DNA from: Podarcis filfolensis
Taxonomy: Eukaryota
Length of the DNA: 64,000 nucleotides
Reading direction: 5' to 3' (one strand)
Assembly (NCBI GenBank): GCA_964270895.1
Contig: OZ185435.1
Shown: positions 25,560 to 40,194 of the stretch, one piece after another
How the letters are laid out: each line of letters opens with the position of its first letter
How positions within the stretch are numbered: position 1 is the first letter of the stretch
The notes under the pieces: generated by a model
Database searches by the model: none
The model's input: the letters and a program-made list of their open reading frames with translations, nothing else
What the model was told of the DNA's origin: nothing
Made by a program: the position numbers and the translations under genes

Positions 25560-27527
25560 TATACACATTCAATGAATTAATGATGGTGGTGATGCTCTTG
25601 CACATTTTAACTGATTTGTGAGTGGACTCCAATGCAACAGTCTAATCAGTGCTTTTTTTTTCTTTTAAAAAACTGTTTAGGTGTACTCTCATTTTGACTC
25701 AAGAAAATCACCATTTTATAGTTCAAATTGGATAGAATAAATACAGTAGATGGACAAAAGTACAAAGATTCACAAAATGTTTAGGGGTATGCGTCCCCCT
25801 AAATAAAACAGTCTCCCTCCTGCCATATCAGCATATGAAAAGCTGCTCATTATGAGCTTTGCTGGAGCCAGATGGAAAAGCTTCAGAAAACAAATCGTCT
25901 TCTTGCGAGTTGTCTTTGTCATGAAGAATCAGATCATTTCACAACACCGACCATATAATGATGTCTTCAAAATGTCAGACCTAGTCCCATAATTTATAGG
26001 AACCCTGAATTCTGGCACAATGAGATTTCTCTACATGTGATTTTGGTGCATGTGGTGATGATGAAGATGATGGTGATATTTTATTGATTGATTCATTGCC
26101 CATCCTTCACCCTAAGATCTCAGGGTGGGTTACAGCATTAAAAACCATGACAGACAGCTGGATGTGTGAATGAACTCCATTGAAAAAACCATTGTATTTG
26201 CAAAGATATAGAAGCTCTTCCTGTGGTAGCCACTGTACACAAGTAAGTCATTGCTTGCAGTTACACTAATCTACACCATGAGTGGGCAACTTGTCACCCT
26301 CCAGATCAGTGTTGGTCTCCAGTTCCCATCAGCTCCAGACAGAGTGGCCATTGGTCAGAGATTTTGGGATCTGGGGGTCTACCACCATCTGCAAGGCCAT
26401 AGGTGACCCATCCCTTATCTGCATCTATGAATAAACCAGTTTTGAGACTCCCCTCACTGGCTTGAATTGATATATTATTGTGTTTCCTGTCACGTCTCCC
26501 ATTTCCCTGATGTAGGAAGAGGACCAATCAAAGTACGTCTTCTGATTCTGCCTCTCCCTTGCCATATTTTGTCTTTGTGTTGTAACAGAATGTTTTTCTT
26601 TGGACAGCAAAGGCCTCAAGAGCATCACTGGGTAAAATGCAGGAAGGGACAGTTCACATAATGTACGTATCTCAAACATCGTACCTTCATGCTTGCCTTC
26701 TTGGTTGGTCCCATGATATAGGTGTGCATAGCTGCTTGTTTCATGAGGCAGTATATGTGATTATCCCTCCCCTCCCCTCCCCACATTTTATCATCATAAC
26801 AGTCCTGTCAGGCAGATCGGGTTGAGAAATCTGGATGAAAGTGAGCTTCATGGCTCTGTGGGGATTTGAACCTGAGTCACCCCACTCTTAGGCACTCTTA
26901 ACAACTACACCACACTTGTTGGACCCTTCTGAATAGATAGTTAAAGAGTGTAATATGGAAGGATCGCTGGCAGTGGCAGGTATTCAGTGTGTTCCAGGTT
27001 TGCGGGGGTCTCTGAAGAAGAGGCCTTCAACGGAGTTCCTTCTTCCTGCTATTTCCCACTTGCTCTGCCCCTGTAGCACATTTTGCCACTTCTCTTCACT
27101 CCCTTTACTGGACCACACTTTGCCTGGGACAGTTGGAGAGAACAAGCTAGTGGATGGATGGCAAGCATAGAAGCATCAGGGCAAGGGAAGTCTGATGGAC
27201 AACATTGGGCTCCCAGCCTTGTGTGTGGACCTTGAAAGGGGCCCAACAACGATGCTGACATATGGACCCACCTTGTAGAAGGTTTCTCCTCAGGATGTGA
27301 ATGGCCAAATGTAATATGGCCACCAATATTCTCAACTAACATTGAGCAAGTCCAGAGAATGGCAATTGTAAGCCATCTCTGGCTGGCTGTCAAACTACTG
27401 AAACTCCACCGCACTGAAATGAATGCAGTATCACCCAAATAAGCAAAAGACATGTCAGAACAGGCTGTCCTCTCCTTTCCCATTAGAGTGACAGGACTCT
27501 AGCAATAACTTACTGAAATAGCAGCAA

Positions 27528-27528
<1 letters not shown>

Positions 27529-27572
<44 letters not shown>
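27529..27572. repeat. (TTA)n microsatellite, probably a retroposon tail
   Basis: Directly visible; followed by a short L2/SINE-like 3' end on the minus strand. Confidence 0.9.
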
Positions 27573-28084
27573 GTACCGCTCTATACCCATACATCTCAGA
27601 GCGGTGCAAAACACAGGGCAGTTCACAATATAAAGGTGGAGAAAGTAAAAAAGGTATATCCTCAGCTGCTGCCCCAGAACATTTAGGACATGGTACCTGA
27701 AAATCTGAAAAGTGAATTACATGTGTGTGTAGCATTGGGAAGGCTCTAACTCAACCACTAGTAAGTTATATTTTAACAGGCCTCATACTCGGATTACTGC
27801 TACTATTTATTATAGAGAGAGCAGTGCAGGTGCACAGAGCATTTTACAAGCATATAAAAAGGAATGTTAAAAAGGGAGAGGATCTGCATATTTTTATTTT
27901 ATATGAATCATCCAGTTAGTGCAGTAAGAACGAAAGGCAGAGAAACTAAGAGGGTGCGGCCATTCTGTGCTGGGGCTTTCAAAGTTTAACTTTTAATGTT
28001 AAAAACTTCACTTTATTTTTTTAAAAAATCATCTGCTGCTCTCCTTGGCATCATGGAATTCACTAAGTTCGTGCGGGGAGAGGT

Positions 28085-28560
28085 AGTCTTTGAGACTCTG
28101 GGCTCCTGAGCTGCATAAGACGTTAGAAGTCAAAATAAGCAGCTTGAACTGAGCCTGATTAACTAATTGGAAGCTTCTGCAGTTGTGCCACAATTGGTGT
28201 CACAGATTCAGGCTGCTTTGTGTTGGGCAACAGCCTGGCTGCCAAATTAGGCACCAGCTACAGTTTTGCAAATGTCTTCAAAGGCAGCTCCACATACGTG
28301 CATTGCAGTTAACTAACCTAGAGGTTTCCAGAGCGTAGACAACAAGAGTTAGGCTATATCTGTTCAGATGGGACACTTCCAAAACCGGTGGAAGGTAGTC
28401 CACACCATTGAAGCCACTTGAGCCTCAAGCAACAGTGATGGATCTAGAATGATCAACAAGCAACGCATCTGCTCCTTTAAAGGGAGTGCAACCCCATCCA
28501 GAACAAGACACATCCTGTCCATCCAGTCCAGGGAACCACCAACTAACAATCCACTGTCTT
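28085..28560 (-). mobile_element. Degenerate L2 LINE fragment
   Basis: Minus ORF LVLDGVALPLKEQMRCLLIILDPSLLLEAQVASM is homologous to the L2 ORF at 43939-44337. Confidence 0.75.
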
Positions 28561-29748
28561 GTATGGGTTGAATTTCAATTTACTGGCTTTCATTCAGTCC
28601 ATTACTGAGACAATGGACTGGTGTGGAGCTGCTAATTTTTAGTAAATGTACCAGCAAGAATGCAGAAGTACTTTGCCACCTCTTAATTATTTTAAGGTTA
28701 AAAAATAAGAGGAAGAGAAATCCCCTCCCCCACTAGCCATGGTTTGTGCTAACCACACTGCAATTCAAGCTTGTCGACACACAGCAGGCAAAAAATAGGC
28801 TAGTGCTGCCTGTTCACATTCATTTTGTATCTGCTTAGCACTCAGCTCCGCAAGTTCATAAACTTATTCCGATCACCATACTGTGGAAGTCTCTTGAGGC
28901 AGAACAACTGTCATAACTGCGGCTTATGTCAATAGCTTTTAAATTCAAATCTTCAGCTTAGAATAGATCCATACAAACTCCATTAGGACAATCAGAGATT
29001 TCTGAATAGAAAACCCCTCCTAATGTAAAGATCACTGGCTTCATTCTTACCTATTTGCAAATGCTACCTCAGGTAAGAATGAGAATGTGCCTTTCCCTAA
29101 GTGCAGGCCTTGTGGAAGAAAATATGAACATGGCAGTTGCTCATTGACTAACTGTCAAATACCTTGATGCTTTATGTTGAAATCTATCAATATTGCATGA
29201 CATTTTGAAAAGAAGACGCTTTGACAGATTTCTATTAGCAAAGGGAAAGAGAGGAGGTAGGGCTTTTTGTTGACATGACATGACAAAGGCACCCTTTGGC
29301 TGCCTTAGTTTATCTCTCAGGAGGGATGTATGTATGCTGATGGCCATTTAATGGATTGCCTTTCTCCTCCAACCTTCACTTCTATAATGCTATGTGACAT
29401 TTGCTAGCAGGGGATCTGTGTAATGCTTGTTCACAATCAGTAAGGACTGTGCAAAACCTTTCCACTATGCTAATCCTAGCTAAATGAAACTTAGAAGGTC
29501 CCTCCAGGGAGACCTACTTTTCTCCATAGCCCAGCCTGACCTAGCCTTAATTATCTCTTAGCACATATATGAACAATCAATGAATTACAGCTAGTAAGTT
29601 TGCTTGTAATGAAGCTATGCAAAAAAATTTTAAAAAATCATCATCTGTGTCTCTGTGTTTATGAATTTTCATCAATTAATATATCATAAATTGCATGCAA
29701 AAATTATGAAAAATGAGAGAATATTACAAATACATTTTCATCGGGCAG

Positions 29749-30241
29749 TGTGGTGTTTGCCTCCTAGGTGGGTCATAAGGAAAGGGTTAAATGAGTGTGA
29801 TGTGATTGGCCAGAGAGAAACTGATAGGAGGAGTTAGAGTTAGAGTTGGAGCTGTGTGGAAGTCAGTTGAGAGTTGGGAGTTGGTGAAGGAAGAGGGAGG
29901 ATACAAGTCTGTGGGTTGTGTTGTGTTGTGTTGTGTGGTGAGAGAGTGAGAGGAACTGTTAGGTGGAGTCAGATAGATAGTTGGGATAATCAGTTTGAAG
30001 TTGTTAGGAATGTATAGGACAGTTAAGGAACTAAGATTAAGAAACTGCCAAGAAAAATTAACTGAAACCATAAACTTGTTCATGCCTATAAATAAACTTG
30101 ACTATTTGTTAATGTTAGCAACTGTCTGGACTCCGTGTGTACCTGTGAGAAACGGTTTGGTGGCAGCGAAGAGGCAATTACAGTGGTGGCACAGGGATCA
30201 ATAGACCATCAAACGTCCGGGGACCCTGTGTGATTGCCACA
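29749..30241 (+). mobile_element. Solo LTR (probably Gypsy), 493 bp
   Basis: TGTGG...CCACA termini, near-perfect 5-bp TSD ggcag/gtcag, AATAAA near 30088. Confidence 0.75.
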
Positions 30242-33200
30242 GTCAGGTACAGGGTTTTACTTTTAAAGTAGCTAAGAGCTGTATCTTTCCTTTCATTTTA
30301 CAAATAATATTTCTAGTGGTCTGCATTCTGCAGCCTTCAATGCCCACATTTCCTCAAAACCTCATGGTGCCCTCGACTGTACTTTCCTATAAGCACAGGA
30401 AGACACAGAGACTGCCTACTGTGCTCATTGTTTTTTTCTTTTCTTTTTGAAATAATCACCATGTGTGTGTATAGATGTAGATTGCTGGAGGATCAACTAG
30501 GCCCATTCCCCCATGTGACTCTCTCAATTGTCCATGTCTCAACTATGCTCAACATTCTCATAGTAAAGAATTGTAGATCAGTGGTATTTGCTTTAGATGC
30601 AAGATGCTCCAGGTATTATCTGAAGCATCTCCAGGTAGTGCCTAGGGAACATCTCCCCACTTCTGGAAACTCTGGGGAGAAACTGTCAATCAGTATGGGT
30701 GAGGAATGGGAACCTTAGGCCTGGGGGCTGAATGTGGTCCATGAGCCTCTCTATTAGGCTCTTGTGACTCTTCCCAGCCACCAATTTCTTTCTTCAGGTC
30801 ACATCTTTACTAAGCCTTCACACTTCCTTAAGTGGTTTTGCCTGACTGGAATATGCATTTGGACTATGAGAATGCCTCTTGCATGTATGAATGGAAAGGG
30901 GTGTGAGTGTGAAGGTTTTGGCTTTTGTGTGGCTAGAATGTAGCCTACTTCACAAAATCCATTGCTCTGCCCATGTTTGCCTCTGGCCCCTTGTATCACT
31001 GCCATGTGGCCCCCGGAATATTCCACATAAGGTGGAGAACCTATTGATCACCACCAATGTTGACCCACCAAGGGGTCCACTTTAGCCCTTCAGCGCCCTT
31101 TCCCCCCAACCACACCCACCTGTCAATCAGGGCTTGGTGAAGCAGGCTCCTGCAGAAAGGAAGATTGAACTCTCCACTCATCAGCTACTGAGTGGAGAGT
31201 TAAAGCATCCTGGATGCTGCTTCACCAGCCCCTTACCTGCAGGTAACACACTAGTAAAGCACACCCGTTCTCGCAATCCAAGCATCAACTTTGACAGGTG
31301 GGCAGGCCTATCAGCCACAGCACAAGTCAAATGATGTGCAGATGGGTGGCCCCATCCTCTTGTCAAAGTTGGTTCACAGTATGTGGAGGGCCATAAATAT
31401 ATTGCTTGTTGTGCAGAATAGGTTCCCCACCCTTGTCCCAAGGGTTTACACCTTTAGGCTGAAAAGGGGTTTCCCAACTTGGTGCAGACATTACTGAGCT
31501 AAATTGACCAGTCACTTGACTTAGTATCAGGGGGCTTCCTACATTTCATATGGCTGCTCAAAGGTCCTTGGCGGACTCTTCAGACATTTGCATGGTTTTT
31601 TAAAACGAATACAGTTTTGTATGTCCTGGAAGTTTCTCAAACATATAGAAATTGCTACCTTATTTTTGTTGATCCCATTTTATGAATAGGCATGGATCAT
31701 GTGGTGTTCAGTATAATGAAATGGTTTTATGATAGTTTTTTATTGCTACCTGGAGGAAGCAAAGTAGGCTGTTTGTGTCCTTCAGCACCCTGGTGCCTGC
31801 AGGTTAATTTCCATAAGCAGCTTTATACACAACACTGGAGGAAGTGAAGATGAGAAACCAATTTAATTCATGGCACTATTTAAACCCGTTAAAGTAGTTG
31901 TTTACTAAGTTGCTGTTAATGAAAACATTCAGATGTTTTTTATGTAAAGATCATCTATGGAGAAGGCCTGCAAAGATTATTGTTTTGTGAGTATTGACCA
32001 CGTACTGAGCCTACCTGCCTGGAGAACTGTTCTACAATGTTTAATAATAAGCAAATAAGTACCCAAAATTACTCAGACACAACTGCTGAAATTGTTGTAA
32101 GTACATATTGTTTAGCTCACACTATGCAAAATCCCCTGGTGATTATTTATGTAGATGCGCAACATCTGTGTGATTGTACCAATGTATGATAGAGGGATTA
32201 TTAATGGATATTGGGTAAAAAAGAAAAAGGGATAACTTTAAAAATTCAGGTGTCATTATTAACGGATTACTGATCACTTGGTCCTTTTTAAAAGGAAGGT
32301 TAATGCAAAACATTTTAAGGAAATCAATGGATACTATTATGTAGAACATTTTGACATCTTACATCATTTGTGAATCTGTCCTTAGAATTTCTTGGGTTAC
32401 AGCATCTTGCAATATCTTGACAATGACTCACACCCAGTTCATTTAATCCGGGATCTCCAGACCTATCTCTGAAAGTCGCAGAGGCACTTAGCATCTTTCC
32501 AGGAAGATAAAGGTAATGCAGTTGATTATCATGATGAGTCTATGATTTTAAGATACAGGGATGAGTCAAGATATTGATCTAAATGGATTCTTACATTTTT
32601 CTGATAACAGAAAAATCCATGAGTGGCAAGCCTCCAGTGCTCCCACCTTTGCTAAGAAAAAACCCACTTGATGTCAGGGTTAGAGCTGGCAAGAAACCTT
32701 GAGCTGACCAAGAAACTGTGAAACTACAGAACTGAAACAACCCATTAGGAAGCAAGTGAACTGGATTGAAAATGACCAGTTATTTTGAGTTGTTCCTAGT
32801 AAGGGTTTGCTTAGCTATTCTCCCCACCCCCATGGTATTGTAGCAGTAGTACTGTCCTTGCCCGCATTTGCCTTCCTCAGCCCTGTTTCCTCTAGGTGTT
32901 TGGGATCCCAATTCCAGTCTGCCACAGCCAATGTAGCAGTGATGGTTGAGGCTACTAGGAGCAGGGCATCAGGGTGCCTCTGGATGGCCTATTTATTGAG
33001 CATCCATCATTATTTTTTTGCACAAAGCAAGAACTTATATAATACCTACTATTTATTTAACATTCATCCTGATTTGTTTGCATAGAGGTTATGCAATTTC
33101 CCATCCATCAAATGTCATCACACTTTCTAGTGGTGTTTGTTGTGCAAGAGCACTATAGCAATCTGACACACTTTAATTGCAGAAACCTAAATTTGTCAAT

Positions 33201-33654
33201 ATGTGATTGAATCTGTTCTGCAAAATCATGATTGTCTGGAGAGGACCCAGGATGAGGAAAGCTGACCGAATGTAACTCATGCTACAACTGAATAGAGGAT
33301 AATTGCTAAAACACTGAAGGTCCTACAGCTCAGCTCAGGGAAAGGCAGACTGCTTACATTTCTCCTTGAGACCGGTGTAGTGGTCTATGAAGTGAATAAG
33401 CAATAGCAATCCAGCTAGACTTCTCTACAAATTTCTGGAGTAGGCGATGAGCTAGATGACGACTAATGAATTGAATATCATTTCATATGAGACAAAGGTA
33501 CTTGTAGCAGCGGCGAATAGCCTGTCCCTCCAAAGAAAACAGTGTCCAGTTTATTCCACAGTCCCTTAAGTATCAGATTCACAGACTGTTTGATTCAGTT
33601 TTGCTGCTAAATCCTCAAGAAGCATGAAGCAGCTTCCAGGGTTTCCTACCAACT

Positions 33655-33890
33655 TCACTGATTCACGAGATGCACCATTTCTTAGACTCATCCAGCCTGG
33701 ATTACTGCAACCTGGGGTATGTGAGGCTGCACTTAGAAATGGTCCAGAAATCTCAGCTGGTTCAAAACACAATGGCCAGCCTACCTGGGACTGACTTCTG
33801 CAAACATACTAGGATCTTTAAAAAAATCACTGGTTACCATTTTTTAAGATATTTGAAGAAGGCTCTTCTCTAGGTGCCAGAATGTGAAGA
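33655..33890 (+). mobile_element. Degenerate L2 LINE fragment
   Basis: SSLDYCNLGYVRLHLEMVQKSQLVQNTMA matches the L2 motif SRLDYCN...QKLQLVQN. Confidence 0.7.
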
Positions 33891-34368
33891 TGTCCAAACT
33901 ATGAGATTTCCTCTGAGCAATATTTGCCAGGAACAATCATTACTCACTTTTGACCACCTGACAAACACTCACTGGTCTTGTAAGTAATTCATCGCACTAA
34001 ACAGCTTTTATTGTTTGGGGTCTTCTCCCTGAGTTTACCAGTTTTCTTGGGGGCTTGTATTTTTGTCTTTTACTTTCAATAGGTTTTTTTTTAAGAGTTC
34101 TCATTGTTTTCTTTCAGATATACTGTTGCTAGCACATTGGGGATTTAGCAGTATCATAGGATATAAATAAGATGCTGAAACCAGGAGCAAAGGAAAGGTG
34201 GCATCACAAACATTCCAGGAGGCTGTTTGAAGCATACAGGACAAGGACAACAAGGGACAAAGAGCAGTGTTTTGGGGGCAATGGGAGAACTTTGAATGGC
34301 TATATTCCTTGCCAAATGCAAGGTCGTTCTTTTAAAATGAGATTCAGAAGCAATACAAAACACAAGGG

Positions 34369-34753
34369 TGTGAGAAGAAAGATTTCATTCTAAACAGCAA
34401 GCAATATATACATACCAAGCAAGCACTTTAATCTGTCACTTGGAAGCCCTCAAGAAGTGGCAAAGTGATTCCCCCAGGTAGCCTCAGTTTGCACAGCCCC
34501 ACGGCTGTAAGTCTGTGCACAAGCTTCTCTCAGTTCTGCCCCAAACCGTCCAATTTATAGATAGCTAGATAGCTACCCTGTGTTGCTTGCCCAGCTGACT
34601 AAGTGCAGATCATTCATTACTGGCTATGTGCAGATTATTCATTAGCCACCCCCTCCCAATGCCTTACTTTCTCAAAACAATGTCCAGCATCAAAGAAGGT
34701 ACTCATCACTATCTCTTCCTCCTAACTGATTAAGACGTTATAGGCTGTTCACA
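34369..34753 (-). mobile_element. Possible solo LTR
   Basis: TGTGA...TCACA termini, internal ~25-bp tandem duplication (gtgcagatcattcatta / gtgcagattattcatta), TATA-like and ATTAAA motifs on the minus strand; no TSD found. Confidence 0.35.
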
Positions 34754-35589
34754 TGCCATCGAAGAACTTAAGAGACAAGGAGAGGGGGAAGGAACAGAGG
34801 CAGGAGGAGGGCAACCATGTCAGATCACTAAGTCCTCAAAATACAATTCATCTTCTGGATAGATTGCCCATACACTATAGCTGAAAAAGAAAGGGATGCA
34901 GGTAACAAGGCCATACAGGGCAAGACCATAAAACATATAGGCTAAGGCAGCCTTCTATATTCCTGAGGAAGGACATTGGTCCAGTTAGTTCAGTCTTGTC
35001 TCTGGTCATTGCCTTACATGCTTGTGATGTGGGCTTAGACCACAGAGCAGGGCATATAACCTGCGTTCATAATGCTGTCACAGTCTGAGCTAGTTCTTCT
35101 GACAGTGTAACATTGCCAATGGGATTGTTGTTGCTTAATAAACATTTTGTATTCTACATCCTAATAATTTTAAATGTCAATACTACATATTTTGAGAAAT
35201 TATTTAAGCCATTTTTCGTAATGAATAAGGGAACTGGGGGCCATGAAAGTCAAGGCAATTTCCCTTTCCTGTCATTCATGAAAGAAATCCATTTAGTACG
35301 AGTCTCCCATTGCAGAGGTTTAATATATCATTTGACCTGGAAAATACTCCCGATCTCAAACAACAACATAAATGCTTGTAAAAATTCAATACCATATTAG
35401 CTGCGAAGTTAACACAAATCCGCGCAGAACAAACAAACATGCCAGATGGAGCAGGAGAGAAGAAAGGCAATTGCAGGAGATCAGCATTGCTTGATAAAGG
35501 TGGGACTTCTAAGTCAGAAAATTAATCTTTGTGTTTACAGCTAATACATTCAGCTTTGGAAGAAAAGAAAGAATTTGAAACATTATTCA

Positions 35590-35594
<5 letters not shown>

Positions 35595-35622
<28 letters not shown>
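35595..35622. repeat. (TG)n microsatellite
   Basis: Directly visible. Confidence 0.95.
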
Positions 35623-38479
35623 GTAAAGTCATATTGTCAAAAGAAACAATAAGATCTTTGTAAAGAAAAGGACTTCAGAGAAATAAAAAATGCTTTCACT
35701 ACAAGTTGTTTTCTATGGTAATTTTCTCAGCCCAAATTAAACAAGCAGGCCTTATCAAGGTAATCCAAAGATTTATCATTGTTCCAAGAAAATGATACAC
35801 AGATCCAGATGAGACAATAATTTTTAACTGGTCTGATACGAACTTGAGACAGCTCTGGCCTTTGTATATACAGTAGGGGTTGGTGCATTGCAATTCTCCA
35901 AAATCTGCAATGCAGTTCTCCAGCCAAAGAGTGTGGGAAAATGCATATATTGTCAAAGCGTGTTCCCAAAAAAGCACATTAAGGAAAAGAACATACAATG
36001 ACGCATAATGTGTACTAAATGCTGATTTTTCCCAATAACTTTTCTTAATGCAAATTGATGAAAAAATGTGGCAAACTAAATTTCAGATTGGAAAGAGAAG
36101 AAACTGAATTGACACATTCATCCACCCCTAAGAGCAAGTCAGCAGTGCAGGGAAGGGAGAGAAAAGTACAGTAACAGGATACCAACATGAATAAAATATT
36201 GTGGGAGCCCAGGTAAGCCCCACCCCACATAATCAATCACATGATACAGTGCGCACACCATTTGAATGGGAATGCTCACTATCTTTGTGGAGGCCCAGCC
36301 CCCTGAAATATTTTATTTTACAGCACCTAGGAACTGGCCCCTATGTACAGTAAGGACATTTTACCCAAGGATCCCATCGAAACCTGGACCTGACACTGGG
36401 CTGCCCCTATCTGTAGACCTGAGTGCACACCCTATAACTTGTAGAGATGTTAGTGATTGCAGTGGCTGTGAACTGACAGCTCCAGTAACTGAGAGAACAT
36501 AAATTACAACTGCCTCTTTTTGCGAACTCTCAACCAGCAAACTATGTTCTTCACATGAATGTGAAATTAGTGTTGAGTAGGACAACCTGAAAATGGGGGG
36601 AGGGGAGATGTTTGACTTAGCTTTGAATTGCCTTGTTATGTAAGGTGTCTTTAGCTTCTTAGCACCAAAGAGTACTGGAAACTTCTTTGCTGCAGTGCTG
36701 CCTAATAGCTGTCTGAGACAGCATAGAATTAGATATTGATTGAATTCTATATGGCTACTGAGTAGCACCCACTGTAGCAAAGTCTGTCAAATGCGGTGAA
36801 TGTAAGAGAGGCCTCTATCTTGGTCATTTTGATCAGTGACAATGTGAATGTCATGAAAATCCACTTCCCCATTATAATGCTGTCACTTGCCAAGGCTATA
36901 GCTTTCTTTCCATTATCTTCAGCAAGAAACCTTTTCAGAGATGGTTAATAGTGCAATTCCTCTAGAGTTACCCTATCTCCGGTATCTTCATTTGCGAACA
37001 AGTGAGGGGGGGCACTGCATTGTGAAAGTACCGTGCTTAAGCTTTAATCTCTGTTACTCTTTAATCTTCTGTTGTGCCATCAAAAAGGGACGGTTGTGTG
37101 GCTTGCAGCACCTGCATGCTGATTGCAAATTAATCTTGTGCATTTCAAACAAAAAGTCTGCATTAGCAAATATGATCCCTGTTCAGCTATAAAGTTCCTC
37201 TTTGGGTAAGCTTGAGCTAGTCAGTCACTATCTCTCAGCCGTATCTGTCTCACAGGATTGTTATGATGTGATACAAACATATACAATAAATAAGAAATAA
37301 TCAAATTGTTTTGGAGCATGAATAAAACCCTATTTCAAAGGAACAGACAGTTCCACACACAATAATTGTGTGGATAAATTATTTACTACAAAAATTCCAT
37401 ACTAGGTGTGGGTGGTGTCTGCGTCAGCCTACAGGAAGGAGATACAAAGCATCATCTCCATTCTGCAATTAGCTTTAGGAAAAAAGCTGGTACCAACGAA
37501 AACTTTCCACTAAAGAAAAATTGGCTAAGTGGCACAGCTGAGGAAGAAAAGGGTTAAACTTCCTCTCCCCACACACTGTAGTCCTAAGTAATGCCCTAAG
37601 AACAACACTGCTATCAAGAATTTCACTAATTTCAATCGGACTATAAACATATCTAACAATTTTTGGGGTTGGGACTCTGTTCTTTGGAGAAGAAAGCTGC
37701 CATTTTGAAAATGGAAAGTACAACAATAGCATTCTCAGTGGGTTACTCTTCACCAAGAATCACCATTCAAACTGCTATGATAATAAGATGAAATCACCAA
37801 CTCAGCAGTCTAGCTTTACTATTCATGAAGTGGTCCTCAAACTAAATAATCATTGTTGACTTTGCATTTCTATTTTAAATACATAGAACACCTGTAAACT
37901 TTTCTTATATAAAACAGCAGGTGCCTTTATTTTATGGCAAAACTCAGAGCATGCACACCAAGCTTTCTGCTTGACTTTTTGAACAATCTGAGCATCTGAA
38001 TGAAAGTCTGTACTTCTTTATAATGTCTGTTTTTGTTACAGCTGGCTAGAAACATGCAGAGATTATACTTTGATATGTAAATCTCGACTGTGAAAGTGCA
38101 CTTATTTATTATTCCTCAACACTAAGGGACTTCTTGTGTTTCTCAATCCCCAAACCATCACTAAGGTTCAGGAAATATGAGGCTTAGTATATGCCACAAT
38201 GTAGCAGCAGCTGGAAGCATCTCACTTCACAGGGTGGAGCTGCTACATTAGCTTCCTGGCAGGTGGGTCACTGTTAGCTACTGGAGGGTGCAGTGACAGG
38301 AAGGTCAGTGCAGTAAAAACACATCTGCAGAGCCAATCCAACAGTCCTGTGGGTGCATTTCCACCATGCTGACCTCCCCACTGCTTCACTCTCTCCCCCC
38401 CTCCCAGCATCAGGGAAGCCACTTTAGCAGCTCTGCTCCATCAGGGGAGCTACTTCTGAATGTAGCTTCTGACCCTTGC

Positions 38480-38690
38480 ATTTTTTAAATCTGTTAAGCG
38501 TGAGTGGGTGGGAAAGTGGCATACTGAACCTTCCTTGGGAGAGCATTCCACAAATGGAGAGCCACTACAGAAAAGGCCTGTTCTCGTGTTGCCACCCTCT
38601 GGACCTCAGGTGGAGGAGGCATACAAAGAAGGGCCTCAGATGATGAACGCAGAGTTATATGGGGAGAGGTGGTTCTTGAAGCCTTGCCGT
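38480..38690 (-). mobile_element. L2 LINE 3' fragment
   Basis: Minus ORF LRSSSEALLCMPPPPEVQRVATREQAFSVVALHLWNALP matches the L2 C-terminus. Confidence 0.8.
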
Positions 38691-40194
38691 CTAGAAGACT
38701 GTTTGGATGAATCATTCAGAGGGTGGGCCTTTAGACTTGACTCCCTACTCAAGCTATAAAGTTCCATGCCAGTACTGAGAAAGCATGTGCCTGCTTCCAC
38801 AGTTGCAGGAATGTTGTCCATGGTCCTGAAATCTGAGAAATTGCGCCTTTGACTCTCTAGGTCCCAAATCTTGCTTTGGTACTAGGTCAGCTCTTGAACT
38901 CTGGACTTGCCTTTCTCCACTTTGCTTGGGTGGTGACATCCTTTTGGTGATGGAGATCATGATGGAACATGACAGATGGTTTACTCATATCTACATCCTT
39001 CACAGTCCAATTTTGGAGGTTATGCTTTCATCCCCAGATGTCCTGAACAAGAAGCTTACCTTAAGTCCATTCCAACTCTGTCATTCTAGTGATCTTGAAA
39101 CAGCCAGTTTATAAAATAATATCACTTCCATTGCCAGTGAATGGAGCATCATAGAAATACGAAAGAGAGCCAAATTTTTGTCTTGTATATTTACAGGTTT
39201 TTGATGCCTAACAGAAGGAGAACAAAAGAAAAATTACCAACCAGGTACTCAGCACACTGCTGTGCTCTAGTAAAAATGTCTGCCTGAAGATTTATTAACA
39301 GGATATTTTCTCAGGGATACCTCAGGACATGCACAAGAACATATGCTGCAATCATTTATGGGAAGCACACTTGGCTTAAAAAATAAAACTGTTTAGTTGT
39401 GAATCAGTTTTCTTTCCTTAAGGAAATTATGGATTGTTTGTAATATATGTCAGCAGGGATTGAGATTTCCACATGCAGAGTAATTAAAATAGGTGACATT
39501 CAGTATCAAGAACAGAAGTGTGGAAACCTTGGGAAGCTATTTAAATTCAACGCACTCTGGAAACATCAGTGGAAGCGTAGGCATTTTTGTGCTACTTGAG
39601 TGGTTGCTGGTATGGCTGATTTTGTTCCTCTCCAAGCAGGTATTTGTAAAGAGTGGAGTAAAAAGCAAGGTGCTTAATGCCAATGAAATATCTATACATG
39701 AAGGTAGCACATTGCATTGTACTAAAGATGGGTGAACTCTCCCCACACTTACTCAAATGTGAACTAGTTTGTCTCCAAACAAAACAGAAGCAAAATGGCT
39801 CATTTCCCAAGCCATTCTGAAGGGCTCAAAGCACCCTTCCCAGACTTCCCCTTACTTATTTGCAAGCAGTGTAGCAACAGCAGGGTGAATGAAGATTTTG
39901 TACCTTCTCCCTCCCTTTCCATTATCCGGAAATCCTTCATACGGTATCAGGACAGGAAGAGCAGTCATGCCTGGGACTTGAAGTGTTTTCAACGGTTTCT
40001 GCCAATGCCCTTTTGGTCCTGATGAGCTGAAGAGCATTTCATGACAACATAGGGGGAGGATGAAGGAGGGAGGAAAACTTCCATTCTCCCCAGTCTCTCA
40101 TACATAAGAAAGGAGCAGCTCTTTGCTTCTGCCACTATCTGCAATGTGAAGCTGCGAAATTAAAACACATGACGAGGTTCAATGCTATCAGGTT

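Noticed and set aside
39930-40030. Minus-strand acceptor followed by LIRTKRALAE..., a furin-like site
   Set aside because: Single short motif with no partner exons or signal peptide found
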